A DNA stretch of 64,000 nucleotides from Octopus sinensis. Lineage: Eukaryota. Position numbers and translations under genes: made by a program. The notes below the pieces were generated by a model, which worked only from the letters and a program-made list of their open reading frames with translations, was not told the origin of the DNA and ran no database searches. Positions 41,012 through 52,655 of the stretch are shown here, piece by piece; position 1 is the first letter of the stretch; every line of letters begins with the position of its first letter. The DNA lies in assembly GCF_006345805.1 (NCBI RefSeq), contig NC_043009.1, positions 25,048,001 to 25,112,000 of the forward strand. Direction: 5' to 3'.

Positions 41012-41451
41012 CAGAAAGTAATGAGGGATGTGAGGAAGGGCATCGCTGTTACACTTCCAGATGGGAAGGGTCTTCCTATGATGCTGACATTCAGTATCTG
41101 TGCAGGACCCTGCCTCAGTAAAGCTGGACTCAAGAGTCATCTTCGTAGTCATAAAACGAGACAGATGAGTGACAACCTGGCCACTGGTAGTAGTGTAACA
41201 CACCATACTAATCATATCTGTCGGGCATGTGGAAGAGAGTGTAATTCGGCAGGAGGACTTAAACGACATACAAAGGTACATGAAGCTCAGTTAAAACTAC
41301 AGCCGGCTACTACCGGTAAAGGTTTTAACTGCCAATTCTGTACAAGACATTGTAGATCTTTAGCTGGGCTAAAAAGTCACATTCGATCACAGCACCAATA
41401 ACAGTAAAGCTTCGTGCAATGGCCATACTCGATAACGAGGGGGCAGCCATC
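41012..41451 (+). mobile_element. 5'-truncated RTE-like LINE 3' end encoding three C2H2-type zinc fingers
   Basis: FSICAGPCLSKAGLKSHLRSH, CRACGRECNSAGGLKRHTKVH and CQFCTRHCRSLAGLKSHIRSQH resemble the RTE C-terminal CxxCxRxCxSxxGLxSH finger. They are followed by a short 3' UTR with a CTCG-ATAA-CGAG hairpin and a (TATG)n tail. The same 3' end recurs at 47721 and ~50690. Confidence 0.7.
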
Positions 41452-42377
41452 ATATATGTATGTATGTATGTATGTATGTAGTGTGCGTGTGTGTATGTAT
41501 GAAAGTGTATGTCAGCATTTGACCTCTGTGACATAACACAGAAACGTTTTTCCCTGATGATCTGTTGCGGTTCAGCATCCAATCGCAGTTGGAACGTCGA
41601 ATACTGAAGCTGCAAATATCCACAACGATGAAACGTGCGTAATGAACAAATGTTATAAATCTGTGTTTATCATAATTTCTCCTATACATACGTGCATGTG
41701 TGTATGTGTGTGTGTGTTTCCGCGTAATGAATTTTGAGTACGAGGAAGACTTACGGTTCTTTCCTGGGGTTTGTTTTTTCGTTTGTTTTTTAGCTGATCA
41801 AACAGCCACGTGTTGGCTTCCTCGTTGGTAGTGACTGTTTATGAACGGAAATTCCTTTAAATTACTACTAAATGAAAACAACATCAACAACAACTACAAC
41901 GACAAGACCAACAGCAATAAAGAAACAGAAACGAAACAAGAATACAACAAGAAAAAAAAAATGAAGAAATTTGGGTGTGTTTTGAATAAAAAGCTTGATT
42001 GGAAAACCTCATGACGTTTTTCAGTTTCCTAATCGGGACTCTCCCATATTTCAGGTCGTGTTTCCATTGTGAGTCTGCTGTTCTTTTCCTATTTAGTTCC
42101 TCTAGCATGTGGTACCATTTTACAAAGAGCAGCTGAGTGTATTTACCGATTTGTGTTTTCTTTTAGTTTTCTGTTTCTTTTTTTGTTCCTTTTTTAGCTT
42201 TTCATATTATGACCACTTTATTGGAATTCGTCCAGATACTGACTACATGTGGAGGCTTTATGTGTGTATGTGCAGAGAGAGAAAGAGAGAGATTTATATT
42301 ATATATATATATATATATATATATGAAAAAACAAGTCAAAAATAGAAAATGCTAAAATAATTTTATAGTGAACATTT

Positions 42378-42415
42378 CAGTACCGGTTTCGGTCATTTTG
42401 AGACCTTTTCAACTG
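42378..42415 (-). ncRNA. Penelope-type hammerhead motif, U3:A8 variant
   Basis: Minus strand CAG-TTGAAAA-GGTC-TCAAAAT-GACC-GAAACCGGT-A-CTG: 4-bp stem II, palindromic ACCGGT stem III, GUA site and stem I CAG/CTG. Confidence 0.65.
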
Positions 42416-42592
42416 TAACGATTAAATAATTAAATTTAGAAAAATTAGAAGAAAAGTTTTTTTAAAAGAATATTTCTATAGTAGTGTTCAGATTAAGTGC
42501 ATTCTGCCTTTCTCTGACTCCCTTGTTTGCACTTGTGTGTCGGAGGTCGTTGTGAGTTCTTGGAAGGGTAGTAGAGGAGAATATATATATTA

Positions 42593-42990
42593 GTGTACGT
42601 ACAGCCATGCTACATGGTAGTGAAACATGGGCCGTGACACTGAGGAATATGTAAGCTTGCAAGAAATGAAGCCAGTATGCTCCGATGGATGTGTAATGTC
42701 AGTGTTCATAATCGTCAGAGTGTAAGTACTTTGAGAGAAAAGTTGAACTAAGAAGTGTCAGTTGTGGTGTGCAAGAGAGACGGCTGCGCTGGTATGGTCA
42801 TGTGACGAGAATGGCTGAAGATAGTTGTGTGCAAAAGTGCTACACCCTAGCAGTTGAGGGAACCTGTGGAAGAGGTAGACCCAGGAAAACCTGGGACGAG
42901 GTGGTGAAGCACGACCTTCGAACTTTAGGTCTCACCAAGAAATGTCTGAAGACCGAGTCCTATGGAAGTGTGCTGTGCATGAGAGGACCC
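42593..42990 (+). pseudogene. RTE-clade LINE ORF C-terminal fragment (frameshifted, 5'-truncated)
   Basis: VRTAMLHGSETW..., EASMLRWMCNVS..., RRLRWYGHVTRM...GRGRPRKTWDEVVKHDL are RTE post-RT motifs. Confidence 0.9.
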
Positions 42991-44745
42991 GGCAGGACTA
43001 ATCAGGCCATATCCCGTGGCCCCTACCTGGGACGTAGTCGATCCACCTGTGCATACCTTCCTTCTTGTGACACTTGTGAAGACCTGCTGAGGCAAGTGAA
43101 AATCAATCAAATAGATGAACATCAATGGAATTTGTATCTTGTGGTACCAGTGCCTGTGGCACACAAGAAAACCATCCGAACGTGCCTAGCCGTACCGCAT
43201 CGACTGGCCTCCATGCTGTGGGAACATGGTGGCACATAAAAACACCATCCGAAGACCCGGCAAGATACTAGTCAGTCATAACCGCGTGGGCCCTACCTGA
43301 GACGTAGTCAGTCCACCTGTACATACCTTCCTTCTTGTGACACTTGTGAAGACCTGCTGAGGCAATGTGAAAATCAAATCAAATCAAAACAAATCAAAAT
43401 AGATGAACATCAATGGAATTTGTATCCTTGTGGTATTGCCGGTGGCACACAAGAATCCATCCGAACGTGGCCGTAGTCAGTACCGCTTGTGGTACCAGTG
43501 CCGGTGGCACACAGAATCCATCCGAACGTGCCGTAGTCAGTACCGATCACTCGCCATCGTGCTGTGGGCACATAACAAAACCCATCCGGTCGTGGCCGTT
43601 CGCCAGCCTCATCTAGCACCTGTGTCGGTGGCACATAAAAAGTAGTCAGTACCCTTTGTGGTACCAGTGCCGGTGGCACACAAGAATCCATCCGAACATG
43701 GCCGTAGTCGTACCGCATCACTGGCCATCGTGCTGTGGGCACATAACAAACCCCATCCGGTCGTGGCCGTTCGCCAGCCTCATCTAGCACCTGTGTCGGT
43801 GGCACATAAAAACACCTTCCGAAGACCCGGCAAGACTAGTCAGGCCATAAACCATGGCCCCTACCTGGGACGTAGTCAGTCACCTGTGCATACCTTCCTC
43901 CTTGGATACTTGTGAAGGCCTGTTGAGGCAAGTGAAAATCAAAATCAAAATCAAATCAAAACAAATCAAAATAATGAACATCAATGGAATTTGTATCTTT
44001 GTGGTACCAGTGCCGGTGGCACACAGAGAAAACAACCATCCGAAAGTGGCCGTAGCCAGTACCGCATCGACTGGCCTCCGTGCTGTGGGCACATACAAAC
44101 ACTATCCGATCGTGGCCGTTCGCCAGCCTCATCTAGCACCTGTGTCGGTGGCACATAAAAACACCATCCGAAGACCCGGCAATACTAGTCAGGCCATAAC
44201 CCATGGCCCCTACCTGGGACGTAGTCAGTCCACCTGTGCATACCTTCCTCTTGTGACACTTGTGAAGACCTGTTGAGATAAGTGAAAATCAAAACAAATC
44301 AAAATAGATGAACATCAATGGAATTTGTATCTTTGTGGTACCAGTGCCGGTGGCACGTGCACTAAGAAACCATCCGAACGTGGCCGTAGCCAGTAACCGC
44401 ATCGACTGGCCTCCGTGCTGTGGCACGTAACAAGCACCATCCGATCGTGACCTTTGCCAGCCTCATCTGGCACCTGTGTCGGTGGCACATAAAAACACCA
44501 TCCGAGCGTGGCCGTCTGCCAGCCTCGTCTGGCACCTGTGTCGGTGGCACATAAAAACACCATCCGAGCGTGGCCGTCTGCCAGCCTCGTCTGGCACCTG
44601 TGTCGGTGGCACTAAAAAACACCATCCGAGCGTGGCCGTCTGCCAGCCTCGTCTGGCACCTGTGTCGGTGGCACATAAAAAATACCATCCGAGCGTGGGC
44701 CGTTTGCCCGCCTCGTCTGGCACCTGTGTCGGTGGCACATAAAAT
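42983..44745 (+). repeat. Hierarchical tandem array in the RTE 3' region
   Basis: Higher-order units start GA(A/G)GACCCGGCA at 42983, 43251, 43821 and 44170. ~60-bp subunits (GGTGGCACATAAAAACACCATCCGAGCGTGGCCGTCTGCCAGCCTCGTCTGGCACCTGTGTC) are repeated ~5 times at 44430-44745. Confidence 0.9.
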
Positions 44746-44915
44746 CACCCACTACACTCTCGGAGGGTTGGCGTTAGGAAGGGCATCCAGCTGTAGAACA
44801 CTGCCAGATCTGACTGGACTGGTGCAGCTTTCGGGCTCCCCAGACCCCAGTTGAACCGTCCAACCCATGCTAGCATGTAAAGCGCACGTTAAATGATGAT
44901 GATGATGATGATGAT
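44745..44915 (+). mobile_element. Terminal module of the RTE element with (ATG)n tail
   Basis: GGTTGGCGTTAGGAAGGGCATCCAGC...AACCCATGCTAGCATG...TTAAATGATGATG. Confidence 0.75.
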
Positions 44916-45584
44916 ATATATATATATAATATATAATATAATATATATATAATATATATATGTATATATATGTAGATACATTTATATATATATATACATA
45001 CATACATTGATATATACATATGCTTATATATGTACGTGTGTATGTTTATGTGTATAGCATATAAGAGCATTAGTCAAACGCACCTTCGTCCAGTCATCTA
45101 GTCATAACATACATACATAAATACATACATACATGCATACATACATACATACATACATACATACATACAAACATATATGTACATACAAGCATGTACATAC
45201 ATACATGTACATACGTATGTACATATATATGTGTATAGATGTGTGTGTGTGTGTGTTAAAAGAGAGAGAACTTGAAAGACGCACCTTCGTTCAGTCATCG
45301 CGAGTTCCTTCCCGACCGATGACGATGATTGACGAAAAGAGACAACTCATCAGTCGTTTCATTTTATTTTCCTTTCAGTTGATTTCGTTTCATTTCATTT
45401 AAAGCGGTGTCAGAATGGTAAACTAAACCCGGAACAACAGACTAAATGCTGCCTACCTTCCCACTCCCACCCCGACAAAATTCCAGTCTTTGTGCTTATA
45501 GAAGGAAGAATTGTTTCAAAGAAGAAGTAAAGAAGAAATGCCACGTTCAAATCCCACAGACGTTGACTTTCTGAATTTTGCGGC

Positions 45585-45876
45585 TCCAGCCTTGCAGCAT
45601 CTGTTGCTACCTCGTCGGGTGTCGCTACCCGTAACGCGGAGGGGAGGAAAAATTGATAAATACAGGTGCCTGGGCGGCCGTTATCAGTTTGTTCCGGTCG
45701 CCGTCATGACGTCAGGTGTTGAAGGACCTCGAACTGTCGATTTCCTCCGCCAAATATGGTTAGTGGCGGCCCGTCAGAGAAATAAGCCCCGCGAGGTGGA
45801 GTGGCTACTGCAGCGACTGTCACTGGCCAGTGTCCGCAGCAACACTATCGCGGTCATTACTGCGGGGTACAGATGA
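45585..45876 (+). pseudogene. CRE-like (R2-group) non-LTR retrotransposon REL endonuclease C-terminal remnant
   Basis: With one +1 frameshift corrected at ~45650: ATRNAEGRKIDKY...FVPVAVMTSGVEGP...FLRQI...EWLLQRLSLASVRSN. This matches the AExxKxxKY / FxPxAxETxG / QRLSxAxxRGN pattern. Confidence 0.75.
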
Positions 45877-46344
45877 GCATCCCCACTTGTTCTAGGATAT
45901 GTGACTCAGCCCTCCCCCACCTTCCCCTTCTGTTGCTTTACTCACTCCCACATTTTTTCTTTTCTTTCCTTTTCTATCTTTTCCTTTCTCATCTTGTTTG
46001 CTTCCTGGTATTTCGAATAAATATCTGGATAGTTCTTTCTGAACTCATTGTTTTCTTTTTGTTTTTTCTTCGTTGTGTTTTTTTTTTTTCCGAAGCCGAT
46101 AGAGTACGTATCGAAGCCGTTAGAATGGTGTCGGTGGTAGTAACGGTGTTTAGCCCGAGGTAAGCATGGAACGAGTGAACAAAGCCAGTCTAGAGAAGAC
46201 CATCCTTATTCTGTTATATGTGACTAAATTACTGATGTGTCATATTCTTATTGTACAAAACGATTACGTGTATTTTAAGGCAGATCTGGTTTCTCTTTCT
46301 AGCAGGTCGTACGAGCACGTAGGTTATCTCGATGACTCATATAT

Positions 46345-46374
<30 letters not shown>

Positions 46375-46378
<4 letters not shown>

Positions 46379-46550
46379 AGGGGTACTAAAAATTTCTTGG
46401 CTTCGAGTAAGAGAAAATACAGGACAATCAGTTAATTATGATTTTATTCAGTATATTCCCTTCTCAGATTCACACACATATTGCAAGGTCCTTCAGTTTG
46501 TCTAAGCCCTGCAAAAGAACTCGGAAGGTTGGGCCTCCAACCAGTCCTTT
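46375..46550 (-). mobile_element. mariner transposon 3' remnant
   Basis: Minus strand DWLEAQPSEFF..GLDKLKD.CNMCVNLRREYTE* (mariner C-terminus, with frameshifts), followed by a TIR-like end. Confidence 0.7.
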
Positions 46551-47108
46551 TGAGAATAAAAAATTACTTCCTTAACTACATATGTATGTGTGTTTATATA
46601 TATATATATATATATATATGCCATTTTAATACACAACCGAAAGAGCTACTAATAGTTTTGTTTATATGATACTTGAAAAGGCATATTTCTAAAAAATGCT
46701 ATGTTTCTCCAAGCAAGACATCATAAAGAAGAGCAGAAATTTATACATTTTCAAAATTTTTTATAACAATATTGCTCTTGTTAAATTTCCATTAAATTCC
46801 AATCCGACACGTGTTTCTACTGCATAAGGTCCTAATATCCTCAGTTGCAGTACATATACATCCAGGGTAGACATTCCTATGTAGCCCTGTCCAATATTTT
46901 TACCCATGCGGGCGGGTCAAGCGAATTGAGGAGTCAAGTATTAGTAGACATTCCTATAAGTATATTCTAGAAAAACCTAAGAGAACATGGAAGTGGGGGT
47001 TGCTGTGAAATACGATATAACTATAGTTCTGGTTTAGTTCTAAGTTTCAACGATACCATGTACCTAAATATATGTGTCTGCGCGATGTGTGTGGCATCAT
47101 ATATGTGT

Positions 47109-47156
<48 letters not shown>

Positions 47157-47376
47157 TCCTTTACTTCTTTCAGTCATTTAACTGCGGCCATGCTAGAGCA
47201 CTGCCTTGAATTTTTAGTTGAATGAATCGACCCCAGTACATATTTTTTAAACCTGGTACTTATTTTGCCGATCCGTTTAGCCGAACCGCTATGTTACGGG
47301 GACGCAACAGACCAACACCGGATGTGAAGCGGTGGGTGGGGGGCAAGCACAAACACAAAGACACACGCACACACAC

Positions 47377-47412
<36 letters not shown>

Positions 47413-47720
47413 TCATACAAACACACAACCGTTAATCCCGACGCATTTTTGTCTCTCAGTTTTTTCTCTCTCTCTCTCTCTCTCCTCCATTTTTCTCCTC
47501 TTATCCCTTTCTGTCGAAGAGCGCAGGGCTCGAAATGTTAAACACTTTTCCATTGTTCCTGAGTGTGAAACTAAATAATACACCTGCTTGTTGCTCCTGT
47601 GTCTTTTGTCTTCAATACATTTGAACCAAATACATACATACATACATACATACATACATACATACATACATACATACATACATACATACATACATACAAT
47701 ACATACATACATACATACAT

Positions 47721-47907
47721 GATGGCTGCCCCCTCGTTATCGAGTATGGCCATTGCACGAAGGTTAACTGTTACTGGTGCTGTGATCGAATGTGACATTT
47801 TAGCCCAGCTAAAGATCTACAATGTCTTGTACAAAATTGTACAAAATTGGCAGTTAAAACCTTTACTGGTAATAGCCGGCTGTATTTGTAACTGGGGTTC
47901 ATGTACC

Positions 47908-47910
<3 letters not shown>
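47721..47910 (-). mobile_element. 5'-truncated copy of the zinc-finger RTE-like family
   Basis: Homologous to 41272-41451, with (TATG)n on both sides. Confidence 0.8.
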
Positions 47911-47939
<29 letters not shown>

Positions 47940-48542
47940 CATACATACATACATACATACATACATACATGCATGCATAGATATGCATGTACATAAATTT
48001 ATAAATATACAATGTTTGGGCATGTATGTATATACGCATATCTTGTCCTACAGCATGGTTACGGTATCGGTCGAGTTTAGAATTTTCATGTAAACTTAGA
48101 ACAAAAAACAAAAAACGAAAAATTTAAATATTCGTTTTTCTTCTGTAGAATTAATTCCTTTTTCCCTTTAATTTTTTACTTCAATCCCCCAACACACACA
48201 CATACACACATCTCTCTCCCGTTATATTTTATCATTTTTATACTTTTTATTTTATTGTATTTTTTATTCTTCTCATGAAGCGAAATTCTCCCTTTTCGCA
48301 AGCTGTGCGTGTTTTCTGACAATTATAAAATGCACATTTCATTGACTCCAGGGAGTTCGCAAAAGGGAATATGTACCCATTAAGGAATCTTGATTAATCG
48401 TGTTGTTGTTGTTGTCATCGTTTTTGCTGTTGCTGTTGTTGTTGTCGTCACTGCTGCTGATCCACATTTTTGTTTACTCCCTGTTTAAAGCTGGTCCAGC
48501 AAACTAAGGATCAAAGTCGTTTTTGCCGTGACAATCGCGTCC

Positions 48543-48568
48543 TATTATTATTATTATTATTATTATTA

Positions 48569-48622
<54 letters not shown>

Positions 48623-48662
48623 TATTATTATTTCATTACTATCATCATATTATTATTATTGC

Positions 48663-48715
<53 letters not shown>

Positions 48716-48875
48716 ATTATTATTATTATTATTATACTATCATCATTTTATTACTATCATCATTGTTATTACTATCATCATCATCATTATTATCATCATC
48801 ATCATCATCATCGTCGTCGTCGTCGTCGTCGTTGTTGTTGTTGTTGTTATTATTATTATTATTGTTATTATTATT
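48543..48875. repeat. (ATT/ATC/GTC/GTT)n compound trinucleotide microsatellite
   Basis: Direct reading. Confidence 0.95.
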
Positions 48876-50185
48876 AAGGTGGTGTGCTGGCAGAAACGTT
48901 AGCACGCCGGGCGAAATGCCTAGCGGTATTTCGTCTGCCGCTACGTTCTGAGTTCAAATTCCGCCGAGGTCGACTTTGCCTTTCATCCTTTCGGGGTCTA
49001 TTAAATAAGTACCAGTTACGCACTCGGGTTGATATAATCGACTTAATCCGTTTATCTGTCCTTGTTTGTCCCCTCTGTGTGTAGCCCCTTGTGGGCAGTA
49101 AAGAAATTGGTATTTCGCCTGTCGTTACGGTCTGAGTTCGAATTCCGCCGAGATCGATTTTACCTTTCGGGGTCGATAAATGAAGTACCAGTGAAGCACT
49201 GAGGGCAATAAAATCGGCTTTTCCCCTCCCCCAAATTTCAGGCTTTGTACCTAGAGAGGAAGTGATTATTATTGTTATTGTTTTGTTGTTTTTATTGGTT
49301 TTTCTTTGAATTTTGTTTCTATTTCTTGCCAAGTGTCTTCCCGACACCTAGAGCAAAGAAACTCACTGTATACATTGTTAGGCCGTTAAAATAAAACCCA
49401 CCAGATTATTCATTTACGAAGTCATATAAAAGAATAAAAAGAGGAAAAAAGAAAAGGAAAGATTGAAAAAAGTAAAAAGAAAAAAAATTTCCATCGACAA
49501 TGTTCTGAATACGTAAGGCAGTAAGCTGGGGGAATGGTAAAGAAGCCAAACAAAATGCTCATTTCGTCTGTCTTTATGTTCTGAGCTAAACTTACATCCA
49601 ACATATATGCAGGGGCAAATTGAAATCCATAGAGGCCCTAAGCACTTAAAAGATTTTGGTACTTCCATGCAGGGCCGGTCGCAGGGTTGCTGGCGCCCTG
49701 GGCAAGCTGAACCCCGTCGTGTACAAGCTGACCGTCGTGAAAATTTCCTGGTCTTTGTCACGCCTTCCTGAGAGCTCCACAGCACATAACGCCTCGGGCG
49801 ACTGCCAGAGTTGCCAGCACCTTGAGCCTATCCTGCTCCCATGTATATGTAATTCAAAATATAAATAATAACAGGCCATAGAATGAATTTTTTGTTGTTC
49901 GGGATGAAAGAAAACTAATAGTCAGATAGAAAATAATGTTTATCTATATTTGAAACTCTTACTTCTTTTTAATTGAAAAATTTTTGATCAAATCATCAAA
50001 ATTCCTCTTAAACACAAACATCTGCTTCTATTAAAGTATCCCGAATATTATTTTTGCAAGTTTAAAGAGATTTTTGTTTTGTGCCGTAAACCATTTACTT
50101 CTTTTGCTTAATGGTTAACACAACGTTATATGTAAGTATGTATGTATGTTATGTTATGTTATGTATGTATGTATGTATGTTATGT

Positions 50186-50736
50186 CAGGTCACTTTCGAG
50201 TGCTACTGGTAACATGTAACCCAGTACAACCTGGTGCATGGTCGGGTCGTCGGCGACTAAACCGGCTACCCCACCAAGCTTGCTTGGTGAGGAGGGTGTT
50301 TTTTGGACATCCTACGGGATGAAAAACAAAACCCGTCAAAGGGCGGAGGAACTTTTGAGAGTCAACGACCATCCAATAAATGTCTTAAAGCTGTATCATG
50401 CGCGGGAACATAGAAATAATCGGATTGAATACCCGATCGCGCAGTTAAACCATTGGGAGTGAAGGACTCCTAGCCTTTGTCAAGGCATCCTTCTAGGAGA
50501 ATGCAACTCAGGTAACTGGGATAACTCCGACATAAAACCTGCGACTCAGTGGTTACCGATGATGTTGACTTGTTCTTCTTTTCGGATTATGGCTGCTGTT
50601 GCTTAGTGAGTGGGATTGACTCAGTGCACAACCTTTCCTCACTTTAAAAATAATCTTCTTGCACAGGCATTGCACGATAACAACATTGATTAAGCTTCGT
50701 GCAATGGCCATACTCGATAACGAGGGGGCAGCCACC
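50186..50736 (+). mobile_element. Putative bipartite non-autonomous RTE derivative (5' UTR-like part plus 3' tail)
   Basis: The last ~45 nt are near-identical to the 3' end at 41408-41451. The preceding ~500 nt are non-coding and hairpin-rich, with GGCATCCTTCTAGGAGAATGCAACTC resembling RTE 5' UTR motifs. (TATG)n lies on both sides. Confidence 0.6.
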
Positions 50737-51259
50737 ATGTATGTATGTATGTATGTATGTATGTATGTATGTATGTATGTATGTATGTATGTATGTATGT
50801 ATGTATGTATGTATGTATGTATGTGTGTGTGAATGTCTATGTATGCATAAATGTATGTATGTGCGTGCGTGTGTGTATGTGTATGCATCTATGAACGTGC
50901 ATTGCATACATGCACTTGTGTGGTGCGCCAGCTCTCGTATGCACATAAAAACTTATAAAGAAATGGTGTTACGGAACCTAGGAATGAATGGTTCGGTAAG
51001 AGAACATGAGAATACAGGAACGAAGGAATGCCGCTGAGAAAGCAAACACAACACATAAACGAACTAAGCAACATTATATACAAGTTATCACAACATTCTG
51101 TAATATATACGACTATACTAAGTAACTTTCTTAAATACGTGGACTAAAATGTATAAAATATAATTATTTTAATATTTTTATATTTACTTAATATTAAAAA
51201 GCGATGACAGAATCAACCAAAAATTAACTATAAATATCAAAACAGCAACTCCGTTTGTT

Positions 51260-51261
51260 AC

Positions 51262-51342
<81 letters not shown>

Positions 51343-51410
51343 AGTCTGTCTGTCTATCTATCTATCTATATCTATCTATCCATGTGTCTATCAGTCTATC
51401 AGTCTGTCTG

Positions 51411-51480
<70 letters not shown>

Positions 51481-51622
51481 TATATGTACCTACCTACCTA
51501 TCTGTGTATCTATCTATCATCTATCTATTTATCTATCCGTCTATCATTTTTCTATCAATCAATTAATCTATCTATCTATCGACCTACCTACATATTTATC
51601 TATCGATCTATCTATCTATCTG

Positions 51623-51685
<63 letters not shown>
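51260..51685. repeat. (CTAT)n compound microsatellite
   Basis: Direct reading. Confidence 0.95.
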
Positions 51686-51819
51686 GTTTGTGTGTATATT
51701 TACACACGTACATACATTTATGCGCACGCACACATACACACACACACCTCTGTGTATGTACTTGCTTTAATCCAAACGACAAAAAAAAGTCAAACGACTC
51801 AACATTTAACAATCTGTTT

Positions 51820-51871
<52 letters not shown>

Positions 51872-52624
51872 TAACAATCACTTGATTTATTAATAAAAAA
51901 GCAGTTGGTGATAATGAAATTGGATGAGATAGTTAGTTAACAACATTATTAACAACTGTCCTTGAAAATATAATTAAAACTGTGAGGAGAAATTGTTTTA
52001 AAAACCATGCAAAAGTGACTTGGCTAAAAAGCTGCTGCCCGACTACCAAATGATCTAGTTTCAGACATAACTAATCGACCTAGAAAACTTGCAACCACAC
52101 GTCATTGTTTAACACACACATCGGGTTCTTATACTTAGTTGAATGTATATACACACATTCATTGTAAACACACTGTTAAAATAAAACACGCAGACTCACG
52201 TACATAGTATTTGTAAATATATTTAAACATTGACGTATACATACTCATCCACTGTCACACACACAGCTAAGATGAACGTAAATATTTACATACATACATA
52301 CACATGTATTATACACATTTTGTTGCATAAACATTCATACAAAGCTATATATATTCTTTTATTCTTTTATTCTTTTTTACTTGTTTCATTCATTTGACTG
52401 CGGCTATGCTGGAGCACAGTCGCAAAGGGTTTCTAGTCGAAGAAATCGATCCCTGTACTTACTTTTTGTAAGCCTGGTACTAATTCTATCGGTCTCTTTT
52501 GCTGAACTGTCAAGTTACAGGGATGTAAGCACATCAACAACGGTTGTCAAGCGATGGTGGATGTATGTATGTATGTATGTATGTATGTATGTATGTATGT
52601 ATGTATGTATGTATGTGTGTGTAT

Positions 52625-52655
<31 letters not shown>

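Noticed and set aside
40955-41401. Host C2H2 zinc-finger gene
   Set aside because: The start lies in a microsatellite, there are no TGEKP linkers, and the 3' end plus (TATG)n tail is shared with other dispersed copies. A retroelement is the better explanation.
43403-44854. CRISPR-like array, or repetitive protein ORFs
   Set aside because: There are no unique spacers or cas genes and the context is eukaryotic. The units are tandem copies within an RTE element, and frames are not conserved between units.
48470-48951. Poly-Leu/Tyr/His 'membrane protein' ORFs
   Set aside because: Trinucleotide microsatellite.
49670-49730. CAGGGCCGG...GGCGCCCTGGGCAA DNA-transposon-like terminus
   Set aside because: No matching second terminus or TSD was found, so it is too weak to call.
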